Part shown: positions 22,345 through 35,200 of the stretch, piece after piece
Layout of the letters: each line of letters starts with the position of its first letter
Position numbering within the stretch: position 1 is the stretch's first letter
DNA from: Phallusia mammillata
Lineage: Eukaryota
Length of the DNA: 64,000 nucleotides
NCBI GenBank assembly: GCA_965637545.1
Contig: OZ281499.1
Location: forward strand, 26,846,001-26,910,000
Direction: 5' to 3'
Notes under the pieces: model-generated
Told to the model about the DNA's origin: nothing
The model's database searches: none
Seen by the model: the letters and a program-made list of their open reading frames with translations, nothing else
Translations under genes and position numbers: made by a program

Positions 22345-24145
22345 CATTGGTTCCCAAACTTTATCTACTCGCGTACCATTTTTTTGTTCATGCAGCGTTC
22401 TCGTACCACCTACAATAATTGTTAGAAAACCCTAGAATTCACAAATAAAAAATGATAGGCAAAATGTTTAATGAATACCATTGAATGAGATAATTAAAAC
22501 CCTCAAGTCAAAATTAACAAAACCACAAGACAATTTTAATGAGATGGATGAAGTTGTTTTTTCTCGACCAGTTGGTCGATGCGAGGAATCACTTTGCTGA
22601 CAGCGCATCGAATGTCATGTCCAGGCGCAACAAGACGGTTCCGTTTCTTCGATTTAATAGTCATCATAGCAGAGAACCCCTGCTCGCACTCCCACGTAGA
22701 CGGAAAAATTAATAACTGGGGAACAGCATGATTGGCTAGCGTAGGATACGATGACACCATACTCAGCCAGAAGTTTATAGGACAACATTCCTTGTGCATC
22801 GTTTTTGCTGTCTCATCAGCTTGAATGTCTATTAGCTCCTCTTGTTCCCCGGTTCCCACAGGCACATCGGCTGGATCAACGAAGAACGGGTTCGCGGAGT
22901 AAGCACAGCATGCAAAGTCCGGGAAGTAATGCATCAATTCAGTCTTGAGTTGTGAAAGATGACAGACAATTTCTTCGGAAATTTCGCATAGACATAGACG
23001 GAGCCCCGTCTGTTGTGCATCCAACCAACTTTCCCCAGTCCAATTCATTCAGTCTAAAAAATCGTTAACAATGTTAAAAATATCCTTTCCTCTTGTTGTA
23101 CTGGGAAGATCCTGGCACATAAGTAGCTCTGTCTTGACAGAATTATCTTGCGTAAAACGAACATAAACAAGTAACTGACAGCAGTTGGTTACGTCCGTTG
23201 ACGTCCAGTTGAATTGAAAACCCAAACTTTGAGGATTTAACTACCGCAATTACTTGGTCAGCGATATCGACTGACATCTCCTCTATTCGATTCTTCACAA
23301 TGTTGTTAGATAGGGGCACACTATCAAGCTTTGCAACCGCTTCCTCTCCGATCACTTGTCTAACCAAGATCTTCGCTGCTGGCATTATGAGAGACTCTGC
23401 AATTGTATGCGCCTTCATGTTTTCAGCCACCAGGAGGGAGACTTCATACGACGCTTTAACAATGCCCCTTTTCCTCTGGTAAATAGTGCCAGTTTTGTCC
23501 AAGCGTTACCGCTTAACATTCTCGCCAAGTCGCTGAAAGTAACTGGCATCTCGGTCCTTGTTGCTAGCATGAGTTGTCTCCAGATGGCGTTTGAGCAGGC
23601 TGGGTTTCATTGCTGCATTAGCAAGAGTCTTCATGCATACTACGCACTGCGGCAGTAACTCTCCTCTGTGCTCGATAGCTATGAACCCGTAATCTGGGCT
23701 ATACTTTCGTTTTGACATGTTACTAAACTTTAGCCTTTAGTAACCAACGGCTCGTAAATATTAAACAAAAATTAGTCAAACTTTTACCGCCCTCGCTACA
23801 GTGCTACTGTCAACACAACTACTAGCTTATTACAAAAACTATAACTTTAAGGATTTATTACGTCGTAATAACGGATTCATTACGTCGTAATGAACCTATT
23901 TCGTCACAAAGAAACCCTGCTTTACAGTTCAATGTGTCAATACACCAAGGAATTAGAATTTAGTAGAGAATATAGTATGAAATTTCACGCTCTACGTGAC
24001 TTGTGTGAATTAAAATAATGCTTACGATAATCACTAGAAGATCATTTGCGATCGTTTGGTGTGAACTTAATGAGTTGCTCGCGTACCACCCTGTAGACCT
24101 TCGCGTACCACTAGTGGTACGCGTACCATAGTTTGGGAACCACTG
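22345..24145 (-). mobile_element. Internally deleted hAT transposon (Buster/Charlie, ZBED8-like transposase remnants)
   Basis: TIR ca(g/t)tggttcccaaact and perfect 8-bp TSD ccctagca. Minus-strand ORF pieces encode a BED finger (PQCVVC...MKPSLLKRHLETTH), the DUF4371-type region (KAHTIAESLIMPAA...FSIQLD) and the hATC dimerisation motif (FPSTWECEQGFSAMMTIKSKKRNRL). The catalytic middle is deleted. Confidence 0.92.
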
Positions 24146-25063
24146 CCCTAGCACAACGAAGTTAAAGTATTTTTCAGTTTTACCACTACAGCTTTTAGGA
24201 TTCATTTCACCTAAATATTATTTGCTTGGTAACGCAAATCAATGATCTAAGAGCGGTTTGTGACATCACAGACAACTCCAAGATATGAATTATGCGCAAA
24301 CAATTGCTTTCATTGTTGCTTGTGTTGAAATAAACAAGCCTGGAACACGCACGTAAGATTTCAAAGAAAACCTCCTGAAAGTCGACGAAAATAGAGCCGT
24401 CAACCAATAAATAACCAGAAACTTTGGAAAGAGCAAGAATGATAAAGTGGTGTAGCGTGCAGTATCCATATCTTTAAAAGCGTTTTGGCATCTGTATCGG
24501 ATCTTGGACTTTTAATTCAAAACATATCGAACTTTGGACTTTAATACTTTATTTCAAATCATTTACTTGCATGCCCTAATCGTGACGCATTTGCCCCGGC
24601 CAAACTCGGTCAAACCTCGCCTTTTTGTCTGCACAAAAGCTTGACCAGCTATTAAACCTGTTTAAACCTGTTTTCTAATCACTGCACCGGTCATAAACTT
24701 GATCAAGGCTATATTTGTATCTCTAATTTACGTGTTAACGGGAACCATGTCTTAAACGGCTTCCAGCTATGTTACATTTGACGTTTCTATAAGCAATTTA
24801 ACGAATAATTACGGTTTAGAACTTAGTTAATCTTCTCGGGCGTGCGTTTTCACAACTATGCCCGCATAACAATATGTGACCTGAACGCTATAAAGATCGG
24901 CGTATTTCAGACTTAAAGTCAGTAGAGTTACCATAAGAGTTCATTAGTTACAATAACAGTGCTTTGGTGTAGCTCACGCGTTGGCGTTGTGACTTTTGTG
25001 TTGCGTGTTTAACCGCAAATTGCGCTGTCGTATTATGCTTTGTCGATAATATAGATGGGGGAA

Positions 25064-25581
25064 TGTTACTGAAGTGTTGCGTCATTTAGGTTTAGTTAAC
25101 AACATTAGTTTGTTTAATTAGGGAGTCAGATATACGGAAGTGTTATCAATTGTCTACTATAGGGTCAGTACAATATTGGTGACCCCGACATGATGAAATT
25201 GATTTCCGCGCAGTTGGCCTTCTGATAATATCGCTGTTAACAACGCCTAAATTTATGATGCAGAGAACTGCTAGCTTCGTTCCTGTTTGTGTAAGCTCTG
25301 CGACGCATTGTTATGATGTGCCTGTTCCGTCTGTATGGATTAGGTCGACGAGATTGTATTATTCTGACGTTGAGTTGGGCACGAATTATTCTGTTAAGCC
25401 GTCACCTAGTGACCAGGCCGCATCGTTGTTTATTCCGCCTAGCCAGACAACGTGTGCACCGTATTCTACGCCTCGTTATCCAGTTGTTCCTGCGCCTTTT
25501 GGGGTTGGTGAACTTAATTTTTCTCCCATGTGGACAGATGCGGTAAAATTTTGGTTTTACAAAAAACTTATGATAAATTAA
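25064..25581 (+). mobile_element. Gypsy-like LTR remnant: ~109-bp LTR (25064-25172), tRNA-Trp PBS (25177-25194), gag-like ORF fragment
   Basis: TGTTAC...GTACA ends preceded by purine tract GGGGGAA. PBS TGGTGACCCCGACATGAT matches the known tRNA-Trp PBS TGGTGACCCCGACGTGAT at 17/18. The ORF is homologous to 41811-42338 (minus) and ends in a FSPMW...FWF gag-like motif. Confidence 0.65.
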
Positions 25582-25687
25582 GTTGTTTTGGTGGTAAAAT
25601 CGTAGCAGGATAGTTGTAATTAAAAAATGTTTTTATTTTGTATTTGTTAGTTTGTATTTTCTTTGTTTTTAATGTTAGGCTTAAGAG

Positions 25688-26282
25688 ATGACAAAGATAA
25701 GTTTGTTGCTTGTCGTTTGTTTGTTAGTTGCAATGTTAGTTGATCCAGGACACAGCATGAAGAAGAAAGACACTGCCCCGCATCCAAACTCTGTATTGGG
25801 AAGCAACAACGGAGGGTGAGATGGTTTTGTAAACAAGGTTTTGTAAACATTTTAGTGTTCGGGATTTTCCGGGCCTGTCCTTTACTCTGCAGTCACAAAC
25901 TGTTTGTACGAGTGTTGGAGACCTGTGATTGAAATATCTGACCCAAACCGGAGGTTAAACGGTGTATTTCCGGCATTGTTGTTTTGTGCAACTACGTTTG
26001 ACACCAACTTGTATTTTGCAGTGGTGATTCAGATCAACTGAAAAAAGCAGTCGCTCAAGAAAAACGAGGTAAACGTCACTGAGTAATTTATTTTCTTAGA
26101 ATGTGGTTATAAGTTGGTCAAACGACCTGCTGAGTTTAAACCAAAAAAGATCACATAAAAATACCTCATTCATATATCTCATTCCATCAATCAAAACATC
26201 GAACATAATCAAATTTATTTCATCCCTTTCAGTCATTCGAAGCCAAATCGAAAGCAACTACGCAGTGCCACCAGGGAGTTGA
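25688..26282 (+). CDS. Secreted prepropeptide, subtype C (C2, A-type exon 1), 74 aa; exons 25688-25815, 26022-26068, 26233-26282
   Basis: MTKISLLLVVCLLVAMLVDPGHS-MKKKDTAPHPNSVLGSNNGG-GDSDQLKKAVAQEKR-VIRSQIESNYAVPPGS*; canonical splice sites, phases 2/1. Confidence 0.7.
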
Positions 26283-26411
26283 AGTCACCGTTGACTGACC
26301 AATCAGCTTCAAGGGCGCGCATTTTGAATTGTCGCCAAAATAAAATAAATAATCAAATCAGCTCAATGTGAGATTGTTGTTGAGTGAAATAATTCTGAAG
26401 AGGGTCTGACA

Positions 26412-27590
26412 TAGGGTTGCCATATTTTATGATACACAATCCCTGACAAAATTTATCTCAGTTGCGTTAAACCAGTGGTTCTCAAACTTTTTCGTTATTT
26501 TCTCTAAACGGTCTCTTTGCCATTATTTCGAGGGCTTGTTGTCCTTGAGCCTGAATGTGTTTTTCAGAAAAAGGAAAATTGATTGCAGGATTTTAGCTAG
26601 TTATGTAAAGTTCTGCATAACAATGATCCAAATCTGACACTACAGACAAGACAAGAACATTACCATTGTGCGTGAACAACAGCATTTTTGTTAGTTGACA
26701 TGCAATAAAGCCTATTGTTTGGCAATTGAGACGGTCGATGATTCTCAATTTCACATTGATTGAGAATCATCGATCGTCTCACAGAATTACTTCCAGCTTT
26801 GTCTCACGGAGCCCCAAAGGACCCAGTTTGAGAACCGTTGGGTTAACCTTTTTTGCGATCCAATTACTTCTATTGCGGAATAAATTTAGAATATTCGGAA
26901 TTCACAGTGACACGAGAAAACGTAAGATACAATACTCTGATCCTTGTTAATTAACTTTGTGCTTCTGTTTAGTTAAGTTTATTAGGCTTAGCTTACTAAC
27001 CCTTGCCACTCTAAAGTCGCCAACCCTTGCCACTCTGAAAACTATTCGGACCAATTTCAAATTGTCACAGAAAACAACAACACTGGGAGCCGCCCTTTTA
27101 AAGATCTTTTTAATTTGAAATACAATGCAACTAGTGTAAAAACGTTTCTATATCTCATGACATTCGACTTTTTGTTGTTAGTTAATTCCTTGCATATTAG
27201 GTACACAGTTAAAGCAAATAAAACTTCCCACGTTCCCACGTAGCATCGAACGCTTTGTTTTCTTGAGACGCGGATTTTTATTTCTGTATTTAACGCGTAT
27301 TGTTAGACAATTAGTAACAAACAGGTATTGGTACGCGCGCACACACAGTACAAAACGAAACAGTAACGCTAACCTGCCCGCCGCCAGTTTACCTCTTTAC
27401 GTTTCATGGTATAGACACGGTTGTAGCTACGTAATAGAGATTTTGTCCATTGATACATTTATTTCATAGTATACCTATATATTTTCTTAAATTCCTGACT
27501 TTTAAGTACATTTTAACATTTCTCCCTGACGCAGATTTAAACACTAAATTCCCTGCATGTCAGGGAAAATCCTGACGTATGGCAACCCTA
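26412..27590. mobile_element. hAT-type MITE (TAGGGTTGCCA family) with an internal Charlie-type segment (26473-26840)
   Basis: TIRs as at 13203-14121, TSD gtctgac(a/g). The homologous site near 57650-57665 is empty (ggtctgacagcggctg on the minus strand). Confidence 0.8.
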
Positions 27591-28327
27591 GTCTGACGGC
27601 GGCTGTTCACAGTTTGTGGCTTACGTAAGAAAACGCATGTTTGTATCTGGTGGAAATAGGCTTTATCAAGTCGGAAATAGCTGCATATATTGAGATGGTA
27701 ATATAGTTAAAACTTTACAGCAATATTTGACAAAGTCCACATTGTCACATCCCATGAAAACACAAACATGAGTTGGAAACAGGATGTTTATGAAACTTTC
27801 ATGTGGATTTCACATCACAACTTCCTGTGTATAAGTTGAGTTCGCTTCGGTGCAAACTTCCAGCAATACATTGTGACATATGTTGGTTCGGGATGAAAAG
27901 CAAGAGATCAAGTTTAATCTGTTAGTCCGCATAAAGTGTTTGCAACATTGCAGTGAGTTGTCGGTGTGAATCACCAAGTATTAAACAACATCAACAAAAC
28001 ATAGTTGTTTTGTGTTGGAAGGCAGATCTGTGGTTAAGAGGACGTTACCTTTGCCTGGAAGTAGATTCTGTTTATTAATTCTTGCCTTGTATGTAATTCC
28101 ATGAACATATGTTGGGTAGTTAATATCAACAACAGTTTATTTACAAAGTTAGTTGCTTGTGCAAACTTGTTGCATTAAACCATGACAAATATTAAGTAAA
28201 CCAATTTCAAATAGCATTGAAGAAACAAACAGCGATGCCACAGCTTAAACGCATAGATTTTTTTTAAACCCGCTCAAATTATGACAAAGTACTTCATCGT
28301 TTCTGTGTTTCCAGCGAGACAGAAGAG

Positions 28328-28892
28328 ATGACAAAGTTAAGTTTGTTGCTTTTTGTTTGTTTGTTGGTTGGTTGCAATGTTGGTTGATCCAGGACACAGC
28401 ATGAAGAAATCCCCTATATTGGTGAGCATTAATGGAGGGTAAGATGGTTTGTAAACACAAAATACAAAACTTGAAATTTAATTGTCAGGAAATGTACAAC
28501 CAAGTTATATGTGATCCGAATATTTTGCCTAAAACTTTTCGTAGGGTTTCTGTTCCCTGGGATTTCGAAAACAACGAAGATCTTGAAATGTTTGAAGATC
28601 TTCTCAGAGGTAACAAGTGTTGACTACAATATATCGCTTGAGGAGTTTACAGTTTGTAATCTTCTCATATTAACTAAATACATCCGCAATATAAACCGCA
28701 ATGCTGCGGTTTAAACAACAAACCATAAATCTGCCCAGTGATATCACATTTTATCTTAAATACTTTTGTCAGGTCGGGAATCGAACCCACAACTCCACGA
28801 TTACAAAACCGATGGCATAAAATTAAACAAATGTTTTATTTCTTGCAGATTTCAAAGATGAACTGATTAAAAAAGACAGAATGAAAGGATAA
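28328..28892 (+). pseudogene. Subtype A copy A2, frameshifted
   Basis: A 4-nt duplication (gttg) in the signal-peptide codons gives an early TGA. Exons 2 (28545-28609) and 3 (28849-28892) are intact and near-identical to A1. Confidence 0.8.
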
Positions 28893-29832
28893 ACTGAAAA
28901 TACCGAAGTTGCCTTTATTCAGATGTGATCCGTAGTTGGGAAAGTTAATAAAATTATTTAAGTGCGGTTATTTATACGCTGTGCTACAATGTAAACAGAT
29001 TTAAACAATAATTGCTGAATTTAATTAAAGTCAACAAAACAAAACAAACGTCTTTGAAGTTTTTGCAAATGTGCATCACAGGTATAAAGAACATTTATGT
29101 TGAATGTAATCTTTTCATGTGAAAGCCGAATAGAGAGACTTAGACTGAAATGTGGGCCCTAAATATCAGCAGCAAACCTATGGTGCAACATATAGTGGAT
29201 TAAGCAACATAAGGAAAGTAGACACTTACCGAAAGTTTGCGGAAGACCAGGCGTTGAAAGTGCTGAAAGTTAGTCGTGTCAATTGTTGGTGGTTCTTCTC
29301 AAGTATCAAACAACATCAACAAAACTGTTTGCTAAACTCATTGTTAAAACGGGAAGTGCATACGGACGTTTGGTATGGATGGGCGATTTGAACGAGCTGC
29401 AAGCACTGTTTTGTATTGGAAGGCAGATCTGCGGTTAAGAGGGCGTTTCCTCTGCCTGGAAGTAGATTATGTTTATTAGTTCTTGACTTGTATGTAATTC
29501 CGTGATTAACATATGTTGGGTCGTTAATATCAACAACACTTTGTTTACAAAGTTAGTTGCTTCGCAAGAAATGGACGATGTGTTAGAATTATTATTGTTA
29601 GCTTCCAATAACGGGTTTCCCTTCAAAATTGTGCATTTAACTGTAACAAAAGTAAATTAACCCGATTTCAAATAGCATAAGTAAAACAACAACAGCTGTA
29701 CCACAGTTATATCACGATGCTCTTGAGCCCGCTTAAATTAGGAAAGTGTATTTTATCGTTTTGTGTGTTTGCAGCGAGTTAGACGCACGGCGTAATGTTT
29801 CTTATGTTTACAGTTGATTCCAAGTAGGAGAG

Positions 29833-30731
29833 ATGACGAAGTTAAGTTTGTTGCTTGTGGTTTGTTTGTTTGTTGCAATGTTAGTTGATCCAGGACACAG
29901 CAAGAAGAAGAAACGAAAGAAAACCACAATCCCGGTTATACGCCCTGTACAAGGAAGCATCAATGGAGGGTAAGATGTTTTAAACAGTGATTTCAAGTTT
30001 GAAATTTTTTGGCAACTGTAAGGAGTTGGACATATACAACCGAGTTTCAAACGATCTAAATCAGGCGCGATGAAATCCTGGCATCGCATGCGGCCCATGA
30101 ACACTTTCAGCTTACCGTCAGGCAAATACAATGTGTGTTTATTTAGGAGGTAACAAGTGCTTTATGACGGTATAAACGCGTTTACTTTAGGTAATATTTG
30201 GGTTTCAAAACATGGTGTCGATTAGAACAGCAAAGTTAGTTCTTCAATACAAATGAGGTTTACTATTTGCGGCAAGAATTTGCCAAACGATAATGTGGCT
30301 CTCCATCTTCTCAGTCTTGGAACATTTTGAGTTGGATAATTTACACGAAACTTTTTCGCTGGGTTTCTATTGCCTGGGATTTGGAAAACAACAACGATGG
30401 GAATGAAGATCTTGAAATGTTCGAAGATCTTCTCAGAGGTAACAAGTGTTGCTTACAAGATCTCACTTGAGGCGTTTGCAGTTTGTAATTTTTCCCATAT
30501 TAAGTAAGTATATCCGCAATATAAAGCCGCAATGCTGTGTTTTAAACAACAAACCATAAATCTTCCCAGTGATATCAGATTTCTTCTTAAATTCCTTTGT
30601 CAGGTTGGGAATCGAACCCACAACTCCACGAGAACAAAACCGATGAAATAAAATTAAACAAATACTTGATTTTTCTTGCAGATTTCGAAGATGAACTGAT
30701 TGAAGAAGACAGAATGAAAAGGATAAACTAA
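29833..30731 (+). CDS. Subtype A copy A3 (exon 1 KKKKRKKTTIPVIRPVQGSINGG); intron-1 acceptor mutated AG>TG, possibly non-functional
   Basis: Exons 29833-29969, 30362-30438, 30682-30731 are open and in phase, but the acceptor reads tttttcgctg instead of cgcag. Confidence 0.55.
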
Positions 30732-31230
30732 AAATATCGAAGTTGACTTTATTTAAATGTGAAACTGAGATTAAAACTTTAATAACTTATTTTATGTGTT
30801 ATTTAATTACAGATAACTGATTACTGAATTTAATAAGTTTAACAACAACAACATGTGTGCTCGATGTTTTTGTAAATGTGCATCACAGGCATAAAGAATA
30901 TTTATATTGAATGTAATCTTTACATCTGGCAGTAAGTCTACATTGTTGTTGCGGAGTTGATAGAAATGTGGAAAGTTTGTAAGTTGGAAGTTGCTTACGT
31001 TTATTATTTCTTGTTCCGCAGTTGCCTTGCTAGTCAACATATGCTTGGGTCGTTAACATCAACAACATTATACCTACAAAGTTGGTGTTTATGTGGAAGG
31101 CGGTGTTGGCAACGTAAGGGTTTGAAAGTGTTGGTTTGCATTCAAAGTTTTACATTTAAAGTGGGTTTCCTAAAGAGTATTTTACCAAGACAAACAATAA
31201 ATCCAAGAGGTGTTTTGTCATGGTTTAGAG

Positions 31231-31449
31231 CAGTGGTTCTCAATTTTTTTTATTGTCGGGGCCAAATGGTACTTTTTTAATTGTGTAAGGATCCACACAA
31301 AAAACGAGACCCTTTAGTAAATCACTAAAGATTATTACCTTGAAAGCTGAAATAGCAATCTTTGGTCGTTTTATGACGTCTGGTGCGAGCCGCAAAATAA
31401 GTAGTTGGGAACCGCATGCGGCCCTGAGAGCCGCGTTTGAGAATCACTG
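31231..31449. mobile_element. hAT/Charlie-type MITE upstream of B-type genes
   Basis: TIR cagtggttctcaa / ttgagaatcactg, TSD (g/a)tttagag. A copy at 49489-49706 has a perfect TSD ctctaaac; the site near 52830 is empty. Confidence 0.8.
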
Positions 31450-31533
31450 ATTTAGAGGGCGAAGCTTGTTCCCGAGAATTATGTAAAGAATAATGCTTGT
31501 TGTATTAGCAGCTGATTTTAAGCAGAAGTTATA

Positions 31534-32430
31534 ATGAAGTTAAGTTTGTTGCTCGTTGTTTGTTTGTTGGCGGCAATGTTGGTTGATACAGTATGCAGCA
31601 AGAAGAGAAAAAAGCGAAGTTAGCTGTAAAAGTTCGAAGTGTCAACGGAGAGTAAGTTCATGTGGTGGAATAGACCAGGGGTGTGCAACCTGTGGCCAGC
31701 GGGCCAAATGCGGCCCATTGATTAAAGGTTGTGCGACCCGCAGAGACGCTGGAATTTCAAATGTACTGGCAAACGAGTCCAATTATTATACATTTTTGAG
31801 CAGATTAATGCGCCCGGTGCTGCTTTTTCTGCCACCTGACAATGCGGCTGGAATCAAAAGCGAAAGTTAACTCAAAGTAGGCAAGTATTTGGTATGCAAG
31901 TAAAATCACCTTGCGTTATATAAATGTGCGGCCTGCGATCTAATCACGGTAATTGTATTTGGGCCCACAGTGACAAAAGTTTCACACCCCTGGTCTAAAT
32001 GTTTCCGGGACTTATAATATGATTAACTGCAAGTCGTTTTTGTAGTTTGAAGTAATCGAAGTATTTCGCGTGATATTTGCGCAGGGTTTCTATCGCGTGG
32101 GATTTTGAAAGAAGCGACAATGAGAAAGAGGAGCTAAAACTATTGGAAGATCTTCTCAAAGGTGAAGAACTGTTTAAACCTGAGTTCGACATCTCAAGAG
32201 AGGCGTTTGCAATTATTTTTATAAAGCTAAACATAGTCGAATATTGCACCAACAAAGTGTTTCTTATACAATATACAGTAGAATTAGAATATCCTAATAT
32301 GTAACGTTTCCTTCAAAAAACCAGATTGGGTTCGAACCCACATCGTCACGAATAAAAGACTATTACAAGTTTAAAACAAAATTATTTTTCTGTAGATTTC
32401 GAAGAAGAGCTCAACAATGAAGATGTTTAA
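31534..32430 (+). pseudogene. Subtype B copy B1, frameshifted
   Basis: A 1-nt deletion after KKRKK gives TAG at 31621-31623. Exon 2 (32085-32161, VSIAWDFERSDNEKEELKLLEDLLK) and exon 3 (32396-32430, DFEEELNNEDV*) are intact. Confidence 0.8.
31676..31992. mobile_element. hAT/Charlie-type MITE in intron 1 of B-type genes
   Basis: TIR caggggtgtgcaa / tt(g)cacacccctg. Same position in paralogs at 45066-45422 and 48899-49263, partial at ~52380-52640, so it predates their duplication. Confidence 0.8.
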
Positions 32431-32891
32431 CAAAAAAAGGACAAAAACCAAAATCTGGATGCAACAATGCTTATTATTTAAAAAATAAAAAGTATATATG
32501 TTCCGTACTTTATGACAAAGTAAGTTTGAGTTGATTTGCAAACTGCGAATGTTATAAAGCACAAAAAAGTTGCGAGCACAATTAGGGTATCAATGTTTGA
32601 AACGCTGCATCTACACCTCCACCAAGACAGAGACTGCTGGAATATAGGGAGAGCAAACACGAATAATACAACAATAGCAGAAATTAGGTGTATATTTGTT
32701 TGTGTTGATTTATCCTATTGGTTGACCAAATAGATCAGTGGTTCAAAACCTGAGTCAAAAGAAAACGTTTTCGACGCCTGACCTTTCGTAATTCCGAAAT
32801 ATTTTAAGAATGCTTAAATGAAATATCACTGTTGAATAATGACGTCTTCCTATTCGTAGCAGGATTTTTTTTGACAAGAAGATATTTTTAG

Positions 32892-33068
32892 GAATTGTTG
32901 GTCAGTGTGTTGCAACGATCGGTCAAACTGCAACTACCACGTTGTGGACGTAATAGTTGATAAAGTGACTTGTATGACGGGAACAACAACAAATGGAACC
33001 CTTAGTGAGAAAAAAACCACGTCAGAAATCTGAGTTTTGCGCAAAGAGAAAAACCATCATTGATGGAG
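32892..33068 (+). pseudogene. Orphan Ly6-family exon 2 copy with frameshift
   Basis: NCWSVCCNDRSNCN...VTCMTGTTTNGTLSEKK then a +1 shift. Joined upstream to the B1 3' flank and cut downstream by a gag fragment. Confidence 0.75.
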
Positions 33069-33399
33069 GTGAGGAAAGCTGGCAAGATAAAACATGGAAG
33101 TCCGCATTCGAGTATAAACCAACAGATAGACCAATTCTGTATTAATTTCTCTATAACTATTCATAATATAGCTCAACAATTAAGTCAAATTATTTAACAC
33201 AAAGGCCCGACACAAGGCAATGTTGTTAATTCTCATGGTAATGTAGTTTTGTTAAAAAAAAAATTCTTCTGTTTATAAATTGTGCATCGGCATGCTGTAA
33301 ATGTCTATTGTCTCCAGCATAAACCAACGCAATGTATGACCGGAAGGTGCTGCCACCTAGCGGAATTATCGATTCGGCTGAACAACCCTATTGGTTACG

Positions 33400-33797
33400 A
33401 CAGTAAATCGGACAAGGTAAAAAGTTCTTTGTTGTTGCATGTGCTCGGAGATAGAGTACAAGAAATTTACAATACCGTCAAGTTTAAAGAAGGAACTGAA
33501 TTGCGCTTTGATTGCATTGTGGAACAGTTTGATAGTTTTTGCTGCCCAAGACGTAATCTAACATTTGAGCGTTTCAAGTTTTTTTCTCGGGCTCAAATGC
33601 CTGGTGAAACATATGGCAACTTTACCACGGTCTTAAAAACGATGGCTGCTGCGTGTGAATTTGGTGATTTGATGGATTCACTTATACGTGATAGGTTAGT
33701 GTGTGGGATTTTATGTGACAAAACCCGCCAGTGTCTTCTTCGCGAGGAAAACTTAACTTTGGAAAAGGCTTTAAAACTGTGCAAGGCACACAAGTAG
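33400..33797 (+). mobile_element. Ty3/Gypsy gag fragment
   Basis: ERFKFFSRAQMPGETYGNFTTVLKTMAAACEFGDLMDSLIRDRLVCGI...LLREENLTLEKALKLC is the typical Gypsy gag capsid-region signature. Confidence 0.85.
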
Positions 33798-33993
33798 GTC
33801 TTATCACAAATTGCGGAAATGAAATCTAACTTTATTCCAGTGGGCTCGTCTGTTGATGAAGTCAAAAGTATTGTTGGGCAGTCTCGGGTACTTCCTTGAA
33901 TGCAATTAGTATTGTGCACAATAAACAAAGAAATAAAGGAATGGAAGGCAAGCACGTCACAACGCATATACTAATTGCATTCAGTTTTATTTA

Positions 33994-34033
33994 CCCTGAT
34001 GAAGGCGACCTGTATAGGACTTCGAAACGTCGG
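33994..34033 (+). ncRNA. Penelope-type hammerhead ribozyme motif (stem II partly degenerate)
   Basis: CC-CUGAUGA-A-GGCGACCU GUAU AGGACUUC-GAAA-CG-UC-GG. The surrounding ~90 bp match the 3' end of the PLE fragment at ~39835-39925 (minus). Confidence 0.5.
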
Positions 34034-35200
34034 AATTAAATTACATTTGCCAGAAGAGCTTTATAAAGTTGATAATAAGCCTGGCACCAATAGCTTATGT
34101 GTTATGAATTGATAATTTGATTTGTTTTTTGCAGCTAGAATATGCCGGCCGTTTTGACTAACTTGACATCGGTTTAACAATCAGCGCGACCCAGACAAAT
34201 TGCAAATTTCGCTCTGTTTAGCATTTTGTTTCGGCGCATTCGTTTTGCGAGGATTCAATGATGCGACGTGTCTTGCAATTGTCGCACGGTACGTAAAACT
34301 GCTCTAAGTTGAAGCTCAAATACTAATAGCTTTAACCATAACATTCGTTAACTAGGGGGCAATACACTAATTTTCTCTCCCCCAGCATGCGACGTCCGTT
34401 TCATTTTAACACACTAAAAAGAGAGTAAATGCACATAAACGTCACGACAGTTAGGAGGAAAAATGCGTCCGGTTATCGTTTGATAATGAATGGTTTTATA
34501 TACGATTAACTACGGCAAGATTAAACGTTTTGTCATCATCCCAGTAAACCGAGCCCCGTGCAAAGGACATGACATCCTGCTTTCTTTAGGCAAAACGTTC
34601 AGCGTGTAATATGCAACTTGACGGAAATGAGTCATTGTGTGTGTTGCCACAACGGCTTGTTGGAAAAGATCTAAATTTACGTTAAAAAGAGCGGCAGACC
34701 ATCAGTGTCAGTGTAACATTTTATATTTGAAACAAAAAACATTCCGTTTGATTATTTTTAAGGCATCGTAAGGTTTCTTTGAATTTTTTTTAACACTGTT
34801 GAATATTTGACAAGTGAATGCTGAACCAACGAACATAACCCTGTAGCCCAGGCTGATTCCTAGTCTGTACTAATAGCTTTAACCTCGCCGGGTCATTGCA
34901 CAAAAATGTCCGTTGTAGACTTTTGTTGTACACTTAGACAAGCTCGCTTGTCTATAGTTCGTGCTTATTCCGCTGCGAGTCTATGTTTTGGTGGCAATAT
35001 TTTGTTTGGCTTGTTGCTGTAACTTGTTTAATGGCATCTGGAAGTTTGGTGTTGAGTAAAAGTAATGAAATATATGCAGGGCTGGAAAAAACGGACAAAA
35101 CACGCTTGTGTTTCTAATAACACTATTTCAGGGTGGCCTTGCTCAGTTTCAACAAATTTTTAAAATGTTTAGGGTTTTCGTAAAGTTTTAAGCGACAGCA

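Noticed and set aside
33593-33967. 124-aa minus-strand ORF (and the 140-aa plus-strand ORF 41432-41854)
   Set aside because: Both are antisense to gag-like frames and carry no independent coding signal.
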